A stretch of DNA of 64,000 nucleotides from the human T2T-CHM13v2.0 reference genome, Homo sapiens, in the NCBI RefSeq assembly GCF_009914755.1, contig NC_060931.1; one strand, 5' to 3'. Position 1 is the first letter of the stretch. Every line of letters begins with the position of its first letter. The position numbers were made by a program, and so were the translations under genes. The notes under the pieces were generated by a model. The model searched no databases, was not told the DNA's origin, and saw only the letters and a program-made list of their open reading frames with translations. Shown here in pieces: positions 13,091-27,209 of this stretch.

Positions 13091-15329
13091 CTCCCACGGA
13101 CCCACGACATGTAATTATAATATATGATGTGTATATGAAACGTAATTGCCTGAGGCAGGATTCTCAATTCCGACTGCTGCCCAAGGCTGGTGTGTGGGTG
13201 AGTGGCACAGGCGATGACTCAGACCCACTGATTGTCCCAGACCACATCATAACTGGGAGAAGCTGGTTTCTATTTGTCACCACACATATGCCCAGGAACT
13301 CTGGTGAAGACATTAAAGAGTTTATTTTTCAGGAAAATATTCTCCCCAAAGAAAGCTTACTGCAAGAGCCAGAGGTGGCAGGAAAGAAGGAAAAAGGGAC
13401 AGGTTTTGCCAGATTACAGAAGAATTCCTTTTTGGATAAAGAATAGAATGCCGACTTTGATGCTAGTTGGACTTGTCCACCAGTCAATATAAAACAAGGA
13501 AACATTGTCATTTAAACAGTTCCAGTAGGAGCTCCGGACAGAGCAACACTGCATTTTAAGGGGGAAATTGTACACCCATGCCATGGTATTTGAGAATCTA
13601 GGGATTCATGGTGCTCTCCGGATCTTTCCATCATGGGTATCAAAGGTTTACTGTCATCACCTAGAGGCAGAAGGCTATATGCTGGTCCAGGACTTTGGCA
13701 CTGGAGAGACCTGAGTTCAAATCCCAGCTCCACTAGTGGTGAGTAACCTTTTTGAGCTCTGTTACCTTATCTATAAAATGAAGATGGCATCTCAGCCATA
13801 ATAATAGATTATTTAAATAGTGATCATAAACACTCTTTGCTTTTTCATATCAACTTTTGTTTGATGTGAATTCTTGAGAGTCTTCATGTACAACAACACG
13901 ATTCACTGCAGTATGGATATTCTCACTTAATTTATTGAATATTTACCAAAAACAAGACTAACTGTACACAAGAGGAAATACACATAGGTAAGAAGTATGA
14001 AATCATTTTCCTCAACATTTTCTGATTGTAGATGTGCCTTTGTTGATGTTATGTTAAAAAAGGATAAAAGTGATCATAGTAATATTCAGGAAATTACCCT
14101 GACAACCATACCCATTAAGTGTTAGGAAGGCCAAGCCTCACAGTTCATATGCATCACTTATGAAAAGTTTATCCAACTGGCTCTCATGGCTGGGTGATTC
14201 ACAGTCTTCCCCAATCCACAGAGAGTCAAGACTTGCTTTTCTAAAAACAGAAAGCTTTCATGCTAATCCTGGAATCTCTGAGGGACAAGAGAAGCCAAAG
14301 GGATCAGTCCTTGTATTTTATAAATGGTGGATACAAGTTATATTTGGAATCCCATATTGAATGCAGAACTAACAAATCCATAGAGGAAAGGCAGTAGGCT
14401 TTGCCAGCCCATAAATTAATTACCTTTAATGGCCAGGCTTAGGGTAAAAGCAAGAAGATATGCAAGGGCTTCCCTATCTGCTGCTTTCATTTTGTATTTA
14501 GTCCTGGAATTAAAATCACGTCTAATCAGCAAGAAAAGCAGTTGTTTTAAAAACAGTAACATGCTGAGGGGAGAATTTCCCCTGATATTCTAGGGAATTT
14601 GAACTTTGGCCCTTGCTGTGGAATAATCCTACATATGCCTTTCTGAAATACACTGCAAATCTTTTTTGTCCTTGTTAAATGAATAGACTGAAGCTCTGAA
14701 GCTTAACAGAAATGATCTACCCACTATCCCTCCTTTTAAAACTTCACTGTGTGGGGTTAGCATTCACCTGTTTAATAAACTCAGCAAGCTGAACATGGCA
14801 AACCTTCATTATTAGGGAATCTGAATTCCAAATTCAGATTGTGCTGCAAAGTTTAATTCTTTGGGATGGATTTTCTGTGAATGAAGGGGAATACATAATA
14901 ATACAGAATTTTCTGGGGAATATGTTCTCATGTATACTACGTTACAATTTGGCATACAGCATTCTGCAAACATTTTCTATTTAAGTCAAGGACAATTTTA
15001 GGAGTATGGTAATAATCATGTTCCTCCATATCACAGTTAAATTTCAATTAACTTTAAATTGGAAACAATGTAGCTTTGGAGCTCTCTTTCCAACTGTTAA
15101 GAGGATCAGAGCAAATGCTTGGATGAGGAAAAAAAACTACTCTTTTATTTCATTCCAAATTCAAAATTGCCATGCTTGTTCCCTATGATTACTCATATTA
15201 AGTTATAATGGTAAATTGGGGGTAGCTGTCAATCCTGGGGTCTTGCACATTGTTGTGATGTGTCACAAACATTCAAATAATTGCACAAATGATAGCAAAT
15301 GGATCAATGTTTGCAATTCCCCCCCCCCC

Positions 15330-15621
15330 TTTTTTTTTTGGAGACAGGGTCTTGCTCTGTCATCTAGGCTGGAGTGCAGTGGTGCAATCACAGTTCACTG
15401 CAGCCTTGATCTCCTGGCCTCAAGTGATCCTCCTACCTCAGCCTCCCGAGTAGCTGAGACTGTAGGTGCACGTCACCACACCGGTTTTGTTTTGTTTTGT
15501 TTTGGTAGAGGCAAGGTCTTGCTACATTGCCCAGGCTGATTTCAAACTCCTGGGATCAAGCAATTCTCCTACCTTGGGCTCCCAAAGTGCTGGGATTAAG
15601 GCATGAGCCAACATGCCAGGC
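15330..15621 (-). mobile_element. AluJ
   Basis: Antisense Alu with J-type motifs (gagacagggtcttgctct, cagccttgatctcctgg), preceded by a C run. Confidence 0.9.
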
Positions 15622-18600
15622 AATGGCTCCATTTTTAATAAACTGAAGTAGACTGAAGATTAAAGGGCTGGATGTAAGCAGCACTTTCTTTTAACACAAT
15701 TTCTTCAATGAAGAATGAGGACAACATCTGAATTGGTTGCTTATATACCTATATACCCATAATATAGTGATGGCAATTGTGAATTTCTCTAGTGCTTCCA
15801 TTATACCCTCTTCCCCCAACATGTTTTGGGATTTAGTAAAAAGACTAAGTTTTCCCTTGGAAATGTTTAATGAATATTATCATCCAAAACACACAAAAAT
15901 TGTTACAAAAATTGGAAACTCACTGGTAAATAGCATTGTAACATCTGTATCCTTTTTCCCCAGTCCAACCACTTCTGAGAAAAGGTTCTATGAAAATGAT
16001 CTAAAGGGAAAAAGATCCATTAGGTGGATCTTTTTTGGAACAATGAAAAATGTTTGCTTCAGTGTAATTTATAATAATGAAAGCTTGTAAGCAGCCATCA
16101 TGACGAAATGAAGGGCATGTTTCGGTGAACTCTATCTTATGGAATATTATGTGGCCATTAAAACAGTAATTTTGAAGATGCAGCAACATGGAGAATGCTC
16201 ATGATACAATAGTTAAATGTATGACCCAATTAGAATCTTGCCACAGATGCTTATAAAATTAGAATGGGACTCAAAAAATTGAACCACTGAACCTAAAATA
16301 TTGTACAAGAATGGGTACAATATAAATGATCCACCCCTACCACCAAAACCATTTTCAAAGCTTACTTTTTACTATTTCCCTAATAATCAGAAAAAGTTTT
16401 TTTTTTTAAAATGGCTGACACAGTATATTACGTTTTTAAAAAGAAGTCAAGCAGAAGATGACCAAGGAAATCAAAGGAAAAAAGAACCAACATATTTTGG
16501 TAGTCATGAATCTTACCAAAGGCTAGTTGGGTCACCTCAGATGCCAACAATGGTAACTCATGAATCTGTTAGTCCTTAAAATATTGGCTAAAATGGTCAA
16601 ACTAATCTCAATAAAAGTCATTTTAAAAAGAAAGAGAGCAAGAGAGATGCCTTTCCCAGTATATCTTGTGATCTGGAATTTATTGCGGTATCTGTGACAG
16701 AGAAGAGTGTATGTTCGCATGTGTTTCTTTTTTCTAACATTATCAGCATGAGAATGACTAGAAATGAGCTGTAGGTTTTTCAGAAGTCAAGACAGCTGCG
16801 ACAGCTACAGGGTTTCATTTATAGATACTGACACTGCATATTTCAGTATATATCAGACACAAAGGTTAAAATATGTACATACTGTTCTTCAGCATAAAAT
16901 CTAAGCAAAGATCTTAACTCTTGACAGCACCAAAATGTTGCTCTTACTTTTTCCAGTCATTGTACACCCAACATACTTTATTCCCCGATATTTATAACAC
17001 AAATAAGCAAACAAAAAATCAGGCATCTAATCAAAATGCATCCATTCTATATTCAAAGTCTAAGAAAGTAAAACTGGTGACAGGTATTACAAGAAGATCT
17101 GAACATGTTTATTTTTATAGTCAAGTTGTCTCACAAAGCATAGATACATATGTTTTCCTTATAGCTAATATTAACACACATAAATGTCTTTCACTTAAGT
17201 CTTCTGACATCCCAAAATTACTGCTTGAGATGAATCAAGGCTGTGGATCACAACATCCTTAAATTTGACTGCATGAAGAAGACTGGCAAATGTTTCCCTG
17301 TTTTAAGAAAATGTTATATTTCTATATGAGACATCTTTTTGGAATACATTTGAGCATATTCAGTAAAATGCTGATTAACCTTTCTTGATCTTTACTTGTG
17401 ACAATAAATGAAAGATCCTTGTATTTTATAAATCTTCAGCATATTAGATTTCGGTAGTCTAAAGATTAATGAAAAATGAAAGAGAAAAACAAAGCCAAAA
17501 ATCATAAATCCTTCCTGACCAGAAGGCATTCCTCCCTTATCCCTAAAAGAAATTCATTCCTGCACATCTTGTTTCAATTTAACTTCTGAAGTTTGTCTTG
17601 TTCCATCTCTAGGACAAGTCAGGCTGCAGGGTATAGAGATACGACTACATGAATAAAAACACATGAGCAATGCAACCACTGCATATACAAAACCAAGATG
17701 ACTGTCAAGTGACATGTCACTTGGATACATGTGTTTCTGTATTTTGTCATGAATGTTCAAGCTGAAAGCTACTGGAAGAATCTGAATTCTCCTTCCCCTG
17801 CTATTGCAGAATATGGTAATGTAATTAGAAAAAGCTAATGCTTTATGAGCAGCATGCTGGCATCCCTTTTTAGCTGCAGAAGATTCATTTTAAAAAAAGC
17901 ACCCAACACATTAACACTACACAATACATTCCACAACTCTACAATGAGGGCAAGACTCTCCTGCTAACACAACCCCAGGTTCTTCTGAGGAGGTGCCTTG
18001 CACAGATGCTGGGTTTGAGTTTTACTTGGGAAGAGGGTGCTGCTTTTCTTTAATCCCTACGCACTCTTTCTTACACCAGCCTTACATGATTTATAGCATT
18101 TTTATTACAAATAGAGAAATGAAAACTTGGTTTGTGCAGATTGAAGCGGTGATGAGGGAATTGGGGTGGTTTGGCAACGGATGGAGGTAGAGAGTGAGAT
18201 GCAAAATTCTACTCCTATCACAAGTGAGAAAAACACAATTCAAGGCTGACCCTGGACACAGTCAAGTTCACAGGGGTAGTCCAGGAAGGGAAGGGCACTG
18301 ATGGTGTATGTGGCCAAGCCTGTAAAGGAGATGAGGTCCATAAACTGCAGTTCCCCTTTATCTGAGTCTCCATAAATGCATGGGAGAAGCAGAAGCAGGG
18401 TAAGTTTGCAGCAATCGTTACTGGTGGCCAAATTTCTCTGGTGGAAAAGGCAGGTTTTCTTTTTCATGCTTTTATATTAGTTAAAGCCTTTGAATAAACA
18501 AAATTCTTAGGGAACTCTCAAGGGGTAATTTTTTTTGTCCAGAAAGTTCCTTCTACTTATTTCTTAATTCCTTTAAAGGTGTGAGATTCTGACCTGGTAA

Positions 18601-19499
18601 CTTGCAATGAAGCAGTATAAGCAACAAAGATGAGGTAGTGGTTTAACTTTCCAGCTGCTTCAACTTTAGACACGAAAAGAAACTGATGGGGGCATCCAGG
18701 TTGCTTGGCAAGATGGTGCAGACTGCACAGGTCTAAGGAACTGACTAGTCAGGGTCTATGCCAGTGATAAACCAAGAGATCTGAAAAGGCCCAACTACCA
18801 TTTCTTATTACAGTCTCCTCTTCATAAAGCACATTTTTATGCTTTTATTATACACATATGTATCCCAGACACATCGGTTTTATTTTTTAAAAATAAAGCT
18901 GTCCTCATTTGAGGTGGGGGAAAGAAATTCAACTAGCTGCACCCTCCTCAAGATGGTTTTGGGCAGCGGGTCAAAGCCACTGGCAGACCCATGATGCACC
19001 TGACAGAGCTTTGGAGTAGATGCTGCAGGACCCCCGTACCATGCTCTGGCCATACCCCTACCCCTGAGACATGAACAGGAATAGCTAAGGGATCTGTGGG
19101 GTCCTCTGCTTGCACATAGGAAGAGAAAACAGAACATAGGGACATCTTACAGCTTTCTGACTGTCCGATCCCTCTCATAGTGATAAAGGGAGGGACCCGA
19201 GAGACTAATACTTTTAGTTGTAAAAAGATGAAGTAATGTCTTCTTGCCAGCCATATTTGTGTACTCAGATCAATCAGGGTCATTAAAAACTATATATTAC
19301 TAAATAACAATCTACAAAAACATAGGTTAAATGAAAAAGCAAAATTTAAAGAAGTTCCTCTAATGCAATTTTACACATATGTGTGGATAAACACTTGAAG
19401 GGAAATACAAAAGCATCTTATTTGTTGATAAATTCCTGGTGCTATTTCTTTCCATTTTTGTTCCTATTATTTTTAAATAGAAAAAGAGATAAGATGGAT

Positions 19500-19960
19500 C
19501 AAAAATAAATTGCTCTATATACCACTATACAACTACAAGAATGACTAAAACTGAAATTACTGACAATACAAATTGTTGGTAAGCATGCAAAACAACAGGA
19601 AGTCTCAAACCTTGCCAACAGGGCAGTATTGTGGTCCCACCATTTTATTTTTAAACAGTTTAACTGGTTGGCTGTTTCTACTAGCTAAACACACATCTAT
19701 ACCACAAGCCAGTGATTCCACTTATAATAATATATTAGAAATGAGTGCTACGTGCACAAAAAGACTGGGAAAAGAATATTCATAATCTCTCTCTTTATAG
19801 TAGTCAAAGACTTTCAACAGAGAATAAATAATTGTGGTAATTCATATAGTTGTATGGTATATAACAAACAACAAAACATGTACTAACACATGCAGTAATA
19901 TGGAAGAAACTCAAAAACATGCTGAGCAAAAGAAATCAGACACAATTAAATGAAAGTTAA
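19500..19960 (+). mobile_element. Ancient L1M (L1ME-like) 3' fragment
   Basis: Degenerate resemblance to the L1M ORF2 end/3'UTR (tgacaatacaaattgttggtaagcatg... gctgagcaaaagaaatcagacaca). Confidence 0.55.
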
Positions 19961-22117
19961 ACGAAGACCACCTGAAATTCCAGATTAATTTGCTTTGCCA
20001 TAACAAGTATTATTCTATACATAATATAATTAGTCCCATAACTCACAGTCACATAATAAACTTATTAACAGATGGGAGAGGTGGTAGCAACTGGTGAAGT
20101 ACTTGTCTTGAAGATGGAAAAAAAATGCTTATATAAGGTAGAATTCCAGAGCCTGAGCCTGGTCTTTTTGCATTCAGCATCTTTCAGTGGCTACAAGGGT
20201 GTTTGTGCCTAGGAAATCAGAAATTGCAGGGCTTACCACAGTTTTCCAATTTAAATTAATAACTTTGACTTTGCTATTATATACAAATATGCACATGCCT
20301 CTTTAAAACTGTAGAAAATAAGACCTTGATGCCTTAGCCCTTGAGACAAATTTATGCCAAACACCAGAAAGTGCTATTTTCAAAAACAGTAAATAAGTTA
20401 AGAGCATAATGTGCCTTTATTATTAAAAGCATTCTGGCTTTGAGTTTTCAAAAATATTCCTGCTGTCTAGCAAAGATTAATGCAATATAGAAACCAGCTT
20501 TTCATCATACTTATTTGGCCCAGGAGAACTGTACATCACTGAATCTGGTTGGTGTTGAACATAATGATAAAATGGGCAATAAAAGAAAGTAGGGATGTTT
20601 GTATGGGCACAAGGAAGACAAGTCTAAGCAACTTCCCAGCTAATTTGCTCCAAATGAATTTACCCCAATAATAAAAATGAAAAAAAATCAATCAAGTTTG
20701 TACGAATAATAGATAGTATTTTTCCTAGTAGTATACAGTACCAAGATGGCCCCCAATGTCTAAGAGTAACATAGCACTCTTTCTCCGGGTATCAGGATGT
20801 GATGCCATTTATCCTTTTCTGCTAACCTTAGTCTGGTCAATAGGCAAACTTGGACAACTCACAATTTGCCAAGGTGATACTGTGATTTCTGAGAGACACA
20901 ACTATTGACTATTGCTAAGCTCTCTCAATTTGAAATGAAAGAGTGAGTCAGCCAAGTCTGGCATCATCAAGAAGAGATGCACGCAGACATCACCAAGAAG
21001 GCAGGGATAATTCCAAAAGCCAGATCCCATTTCTGGTCTTGGCATGCTGAATATCTCATTAGGGGAGAGAGGACGTTGGCAAGGACTGATTGTATGCCGG
21101 CCCTACCAACTGTAAATTACACAGGGCCATGTTGTCACCTAAATCTGCAGGGAAATTTCGGTGGTCACGGAAGGTGGAAGCTGCTTGGAGGGCTTCTCTG
21201 CGAATCCTTCTGCTTGTTGAACATCACGTTTATGGCCTTAGCAACGGTGCAGAGTGAATTGACTGTCAAGGAAAATGCACTAACTCACATCAAGCCAGGG
21301 AAAAAAGCTCCTGGGACAAGACTGACACGAGTGCAATGACCAGAGACTAAATTACCACCTGCTTAGGGTGGAATGAAAAAACCAAACAACAAGCAAGGGG
21401 ATTTATCTGCAACTGGAGACAATGACAAAAAATACAAGCTAGCACTTCAATTATTCAAGTCTGGTAATTCCACACAGTCTGTATGTCTGGTTAAAGAACT
21501 CTGTGTAAATTCTGAGCTGCAGGTTTTTAGAGGCAATGTGTATGAGGCAAGACAATGGAGTTGGAGATTAGGAGACACAGGCCTTGCCTTGGCCATGCCT
21601 TGATTCCGTGCAGTATGGCGAGAAATCATCTAGCATCTTTTTACCTTTGTATCTGAGCAATCCAGAATAATGATAAAAACAGGGATGTACAATAGAAAGA
21701 TCTCGTAGTTCAAACCTTGTCTGCCATTTATTAGCTGTGTAAACTTGGGCAAGTCACTGAATTTCTCTGATCCTTATAAAAAATAGTGGTAAGAGCAATC
21801 TTTTAAAGTAGAATCATGGCTCACATGAGCAAATGACTTTGTAATAAACTAGACACCTGGAAGTATCTGTGCAAGTTCTTTGTAAAATAGAGAGGGTTAT
21901 ATACATTTTGGTTTTCATTACTGCTTCTGCTATGACTTACCACACAGGGCAGTGTGATGAAGTGTACAATATATAAAAGATCTTACAGAAAGCAAGGTAT
22001 TAGTATGGAGAGGTTCTATGATATCCAAGAAAAAACAAAACTTTGGAATCACATAAATTTCGGTAAGAACCCACTTCTAAAAGCTTGACTACTTAGAACT
22101 GTGATGACACCTTACTC

Positions 22118-22194
22118 GGGCATTCTTAACCTGAGGTCTGTGGACCCAAAGGGGTCATGGGGAGAATTTAAGAGATCTGTGAACCTGGACAAAC

Positions 22195-22226
<32 letters not shown>

Positions 22227-22680
22227 AAAAACTTACATCATTACTTTCAAGTAGCCTGTAACCGAAATGTAGCATTTCTTTCAATTATGAGTATATGGAA
22301 TGAGTCACAGTATTTTTACAGTATCTACGCATGACTTTGTACCTGTAGAAGTCAGATATTTTGATATCACAGTACGATTGTAGCAGATATCTCAAAATAT
22401 TATTTGTACTCATTACTAATTGAAATTATGGAAGCTACTAACCCAGTGCCTAAGCTTCCTTATTTAAGGCTTTATTAAAGAAGCACACATTAGTGTATCA
22501 CAAGTTTGTAATTTTACTATTTTGACAACAGCATTTTAATGTAACTGGTTTTCTTTGGAATCTTACATATTTTAGTTTATGAATCTTAGTTTACTTTAAC
22601 TAGTTTTAGTTAATTCCAAAACACTATTTTGGGAAGCAGTCCACAGGCTTCACAAGTTCGCCAAAGGGCTCCCACAACCT
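22118..22680. mobile_element. hAT-Charlie non-autonomous DNA transposon (MER119-like) with internal (CAAAA)n
   Basis: Starts gggcattcttaacctgaggtctgtggac and ends ...gtccacaggcttcacaagttcgccaaaggg, resembling the family consensus as I recall it. Confidence 0.5.
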
Positions 22681-23711
22681 CCCTTGGGCATCCATTTCTT
22701 TAGGTGTTAAAGAGAGCTAAGAGCTATGATGCATGGTCACCGTGAAGATTCCAGATGACAGAGAAGCACACCGCCTAGTGCCCCACACATAGTAGGCATT
22801 CAAAAGAAGCCAGTATGCGTTGAAAACAATGAGAGAAGGGAATTAATTTCTATGTTATGCCTTTCATTCTTCCTAATTTCAATACAGTTTATTTTTGGTA
22901 TTTCAAGGATTTAAGTCAATGAAGACTTGACTGTCTTCATTTGCTGGACGGCTTTGGGTGTCGTTTGTGATGATATGGTTATGTGGATGTCCTTTCCTTC
23001 TAAGTTCAAAGTGCTATTGCTGGAGACAACCTCTGCACAGGCCAGACGGGAGAGCTCTGGGGATGAGTCCACGCTGGCTGAGGATGGGGGCGCCTTACAG
23101 GGGATATGCCGCTGACTTAGCTGCACTGCTTTGAGCCAACGGGCAAGGTCTTGGCCACAAGGGAGGAAATGAGAACAAGTAATTTAGAAACTGGGAACAC
23201 AGAGCTATTTTAAAGCTTGCCAGTGAGAGAGCCTTCAAAGGCAGGACTAGTCTTTAGGCTCAGCATAATGAACCTCAATGTGAGAAAATTAAGTAATGTT
23301 TCAACTCGAGTCCCAAATCAACAGTCTCAGCAATATGAGAGTACTCTACAAATGGGAATGCACTAGAGCTATAGAGGGAAGATTCATGGCCTTCTTAATT
23401 AACTCCGAGGTGCCGCACATAAGGGGAAAACGATAAATCAAGTAGATTACTGCCGGCAATCTGAATTTCCAAATGAAATAAGAGAGGTGTAGCACCTTGA
23501 GTCATTTTGTAAATGTGTATGGTGGGGGTGGAAGGGAAATCTCCAAGGTCATCTCTTGTGTTTAATTCGCCACTTTATGATTTAATTTCATACCATGTGC
23601 AAAGTACTTGCTATACAATCAGGTGTGAAAAGATAGGAAATAGAAAGATTGGTAAGACATGATGGGAGGGCAATGCAATATACACACATGTAAAACTGTA
23701 AACTTGTTACT

Positions 23712-24330
23712 CATGCATTTATCCCATATATATTTATTGAGCTACTACTGTGTAACAGTGTACTACCTACTGTGTAACAGTGTACAACCTACTGTGTAAC
23801 AGTGTTCTAGAAGCTGAGGATGTAGTAACGACCAAGATGGACAAAATCTCTGCCCCCATGGAGCCCAGATTCCTTAGGGGAAGACAGGTACTCAACAAGA
23901 TAATTACATAAACTGTGATTTCAAGCAGTGATAAGCACTATGAAGAACAGAAGAGAAGAGTAAGGGCACAGAGAGGGATGAACAGGATACTGTTTAAAGG
24001 AGGGAAGCCCTGCTGCGCAAGTGACATCTGACCAGAGACTAAAAGAAGGGGAGGACATGAACTGTGTAAAGCTCTGATTGGAGGGAGAGCATCCCAGTAG
24101 AGGGCCAACAAGGACAAGAGACTTGGAGCAGGCCTGAGCTGGGTGTGCTCAAGGGGCAGGAACCCCAACTCTTTTAGGGGAAGGAGGATGGGGGTAAGAG
24201 GTGAGGCTGGAGAAGTGAGGGGATGCCTGGTCGCAGAAGCCATGTTGGCCATGATAAGAAGTTTCACTTTTACTTCAAGTGTGACAGGAAGCCTTTGGCA
24301 GATGAAGGAGGTGATATGACTTAGCTCCTG
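23712..24330 (-). mobile_element. L2 LINE fragment (continues at ~25620-26130)
   Basis: Begins with a degenerate L2 3' end (catgcatttatcccatatatatttattgagc), followed by typical L2 body sequence. Confidence 0.65.
23745..23810. repeat. 22-bp tandem repeat x3 (ctactgtgtaacagtgtactac)
   Basis: Three near-identical consecutive units are directly visible. Confidence 0.9.
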
Positions 24331-24595
24331 CTAAGATAAAAACACAAGCAAAGAAATATAGGTCTGTAGAATAAGGATTAATCCACATTGCAGGATTATC
24401 GTTAGTGGTGAAAAACAAACACATGCAAGCAAGCCTGGAAACAACTGGGATATCCACCACTTAATAGTGAAATAAATCATTATATATCCGTATCATAGTA
24501 TTTTGCGTTGCTGTTAAAAAGAACGACTTAGATCTATCTCTATTGACCTGGAAGGATGTTACACGAAAAACAAAAGATAAGTGTGTGGGGGGAAT

Positions 24596-24738
24596 GATAT
24601 ATATATATATACACACACATATACATATACGTATATATCTATATACATATATGTATGCAATATATAGATATATTTTATGCATATATATGTATATGTGTGT
24701 GTATATATACACACACACACACATACACATGTAATATA
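24596..24738. repeat. (TA)n/(CA)n/(TG)n compound low-complexity microsatellite
   Basis: Directly visible. Confidence 0.9.
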
Positions 24739-24982
24739 TGATGTTTATTTTAGGCTCGCTCTCAATTTTATTTAAAAAATGTTACAACCAATTAGAGCTA
24801 TATATATGCATATCTCCATACAGGGAGAATACCCGCCACAACGTTAACATTTGTTAACTTGGGGTGGGGCAGGGTGGGGTGTTAGGGAGAGAGGAGAGAA
24901 GCTATTAATCTTAAATATATTTGTACACAATTTTAAAATTTCTATTATTCAATAGTCATAGCCAAATGTGTTAATGTTATGA

Positions 24983-25353
24983 TTTTTTAAATTTTAACTT
25001 TTTAGGAGATGGAGGTCTCACTTTGTCACCCAGGCTGGAGTGTGTGTGTGTGTATATATATTTATTTTTATTATTTTCTGAGACAGGGTCTCACTCTTTT
25101 ACCCAGGCTAGAGTGCAATTATAGCTCATTGCAATCTTGACCTTCTGGGCTCTGGTGATCCTCCTCCCTCAGCCTCTTGAGCAGCTGGGACTACAGGCTC
25201 ATGCCTCCATGCCCAGCTAATTTAAAAATTTTTTTGAAGAGATGGGGTCTTGCTTTGTTGCCAAGGCTTGCCTCAAACTCCCGCGCTCAAGTGATCCTCC
25301 TGCCTTGGCTTCCCAAAGTGCTGGGATTACAGGTGTGAGCCACCATGCCCGGT
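24983..25353 (-). mobile_element. AluJ (25061-25353) preceded by an extra Alu 3'-end fragment and (TG)n(TA)n
   Basis: Two consecutive 'gaga...gtctcact...cccaggct.gagtg' segments separated by a microsatellite. Confidence 0.85.
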
Positions 25354-26492
25354 AGGGGGTGTATGATTTTGAAAAAGGAACTTAATCAAATATTTAAACA
25401 ATTTATTCTCAGTGATTGGGAAATCTTTGTAAAATAGATAGTGTTAAATGTCCATCTTGAAGAACAGGATTATCACAGCCAGAAAGAAGTGGAGAGAAGA
25501 AGGAGTACGCTGCAAGCCAAGGGCAAAACAATGGAAGGTTTTCATTCATGGCACTAACAGACTGATGCTTTCTACAGCTCTAGTGATGGCAGCTGGTGGA
25601 CAGGGTTTCAGTGGAGAGAATGGAGGCAGGCAGGGAGATCGGTGAACTCTTGGGACAATCCCAAACAGGAAGTTAGAGCTTCAAGTAAGGACAAGAGCAG
25701 GGGAAGCATTCAAGAGGCGATGAGGATGCAAAGGTAATACATTTGGTGCCTGATTATTTGGAAACAGGGGTGAGGAGATGAGATGGTTGGAATATAATTC
25801 CAAGCTTCCTAGACTAATGAATGGGTAGGTGCCATTAAACATAGTATGAATCAAAAAAAGAGGAGGCACTCTGGAGAAGGATATAAAATAACGGGCCTGG
25901 CACTAGATGAGCTGAGCCTGTACTGAACATTCCCAAACCCACAGATAGTGGGGTGGTTAAAAATGGGGGCTGAAGGAAGCATGGGACTAGGGTCCTCTCC
26001 ACATCGGTTAACAGCCAAGGTCAAGGCACGGAACAAATACAGATAGAAAAGCAAAATGCTAGGGACGAAACTTAGGGAGAGGCCACCGCTTTTATGGCAA
26101 AGAAGTAGAAGAAGAACCAGGACAGAACAAACTAATGGGCACAAAGGAAGAAAGAATTTCAGCACTGAGAGCATCTGCTGACGAGGGGATGGGGACTTCC
26201 TTAAGGAACTTGAGTACAGTGCGAAACACTTCAAACTGAACTGCAGTAAGTTTAGCAAGGTTTTGACCTGAGAATGTTACAGGTCAGTCTTGAGGGTCCA
26301 GCCGAGGTTGGAAAGATTGCATTTGAAGTGGGATGAATCATCCTGCTATATACTTTTATGTAGGAATTCTCCACGTCCACTAAGTAGAGAGGCACATATT
26401 AGGTTCATCTGAGGCTGAGGACTGGAGATGATGAGTGGGCAAGGTCATGGGGACAAGTCAAAGTTGAATTTAGCAATTGAGTGAAGGCAAGT

Positions 26493-27209
<717 letters not shown>

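Noticed and set aside
24461-24734. Y/I/H-rich ORFs, and the similar KEGR/LPSF ORFs at 49583-50049
   Set aside because: They are translations of microsatellites.
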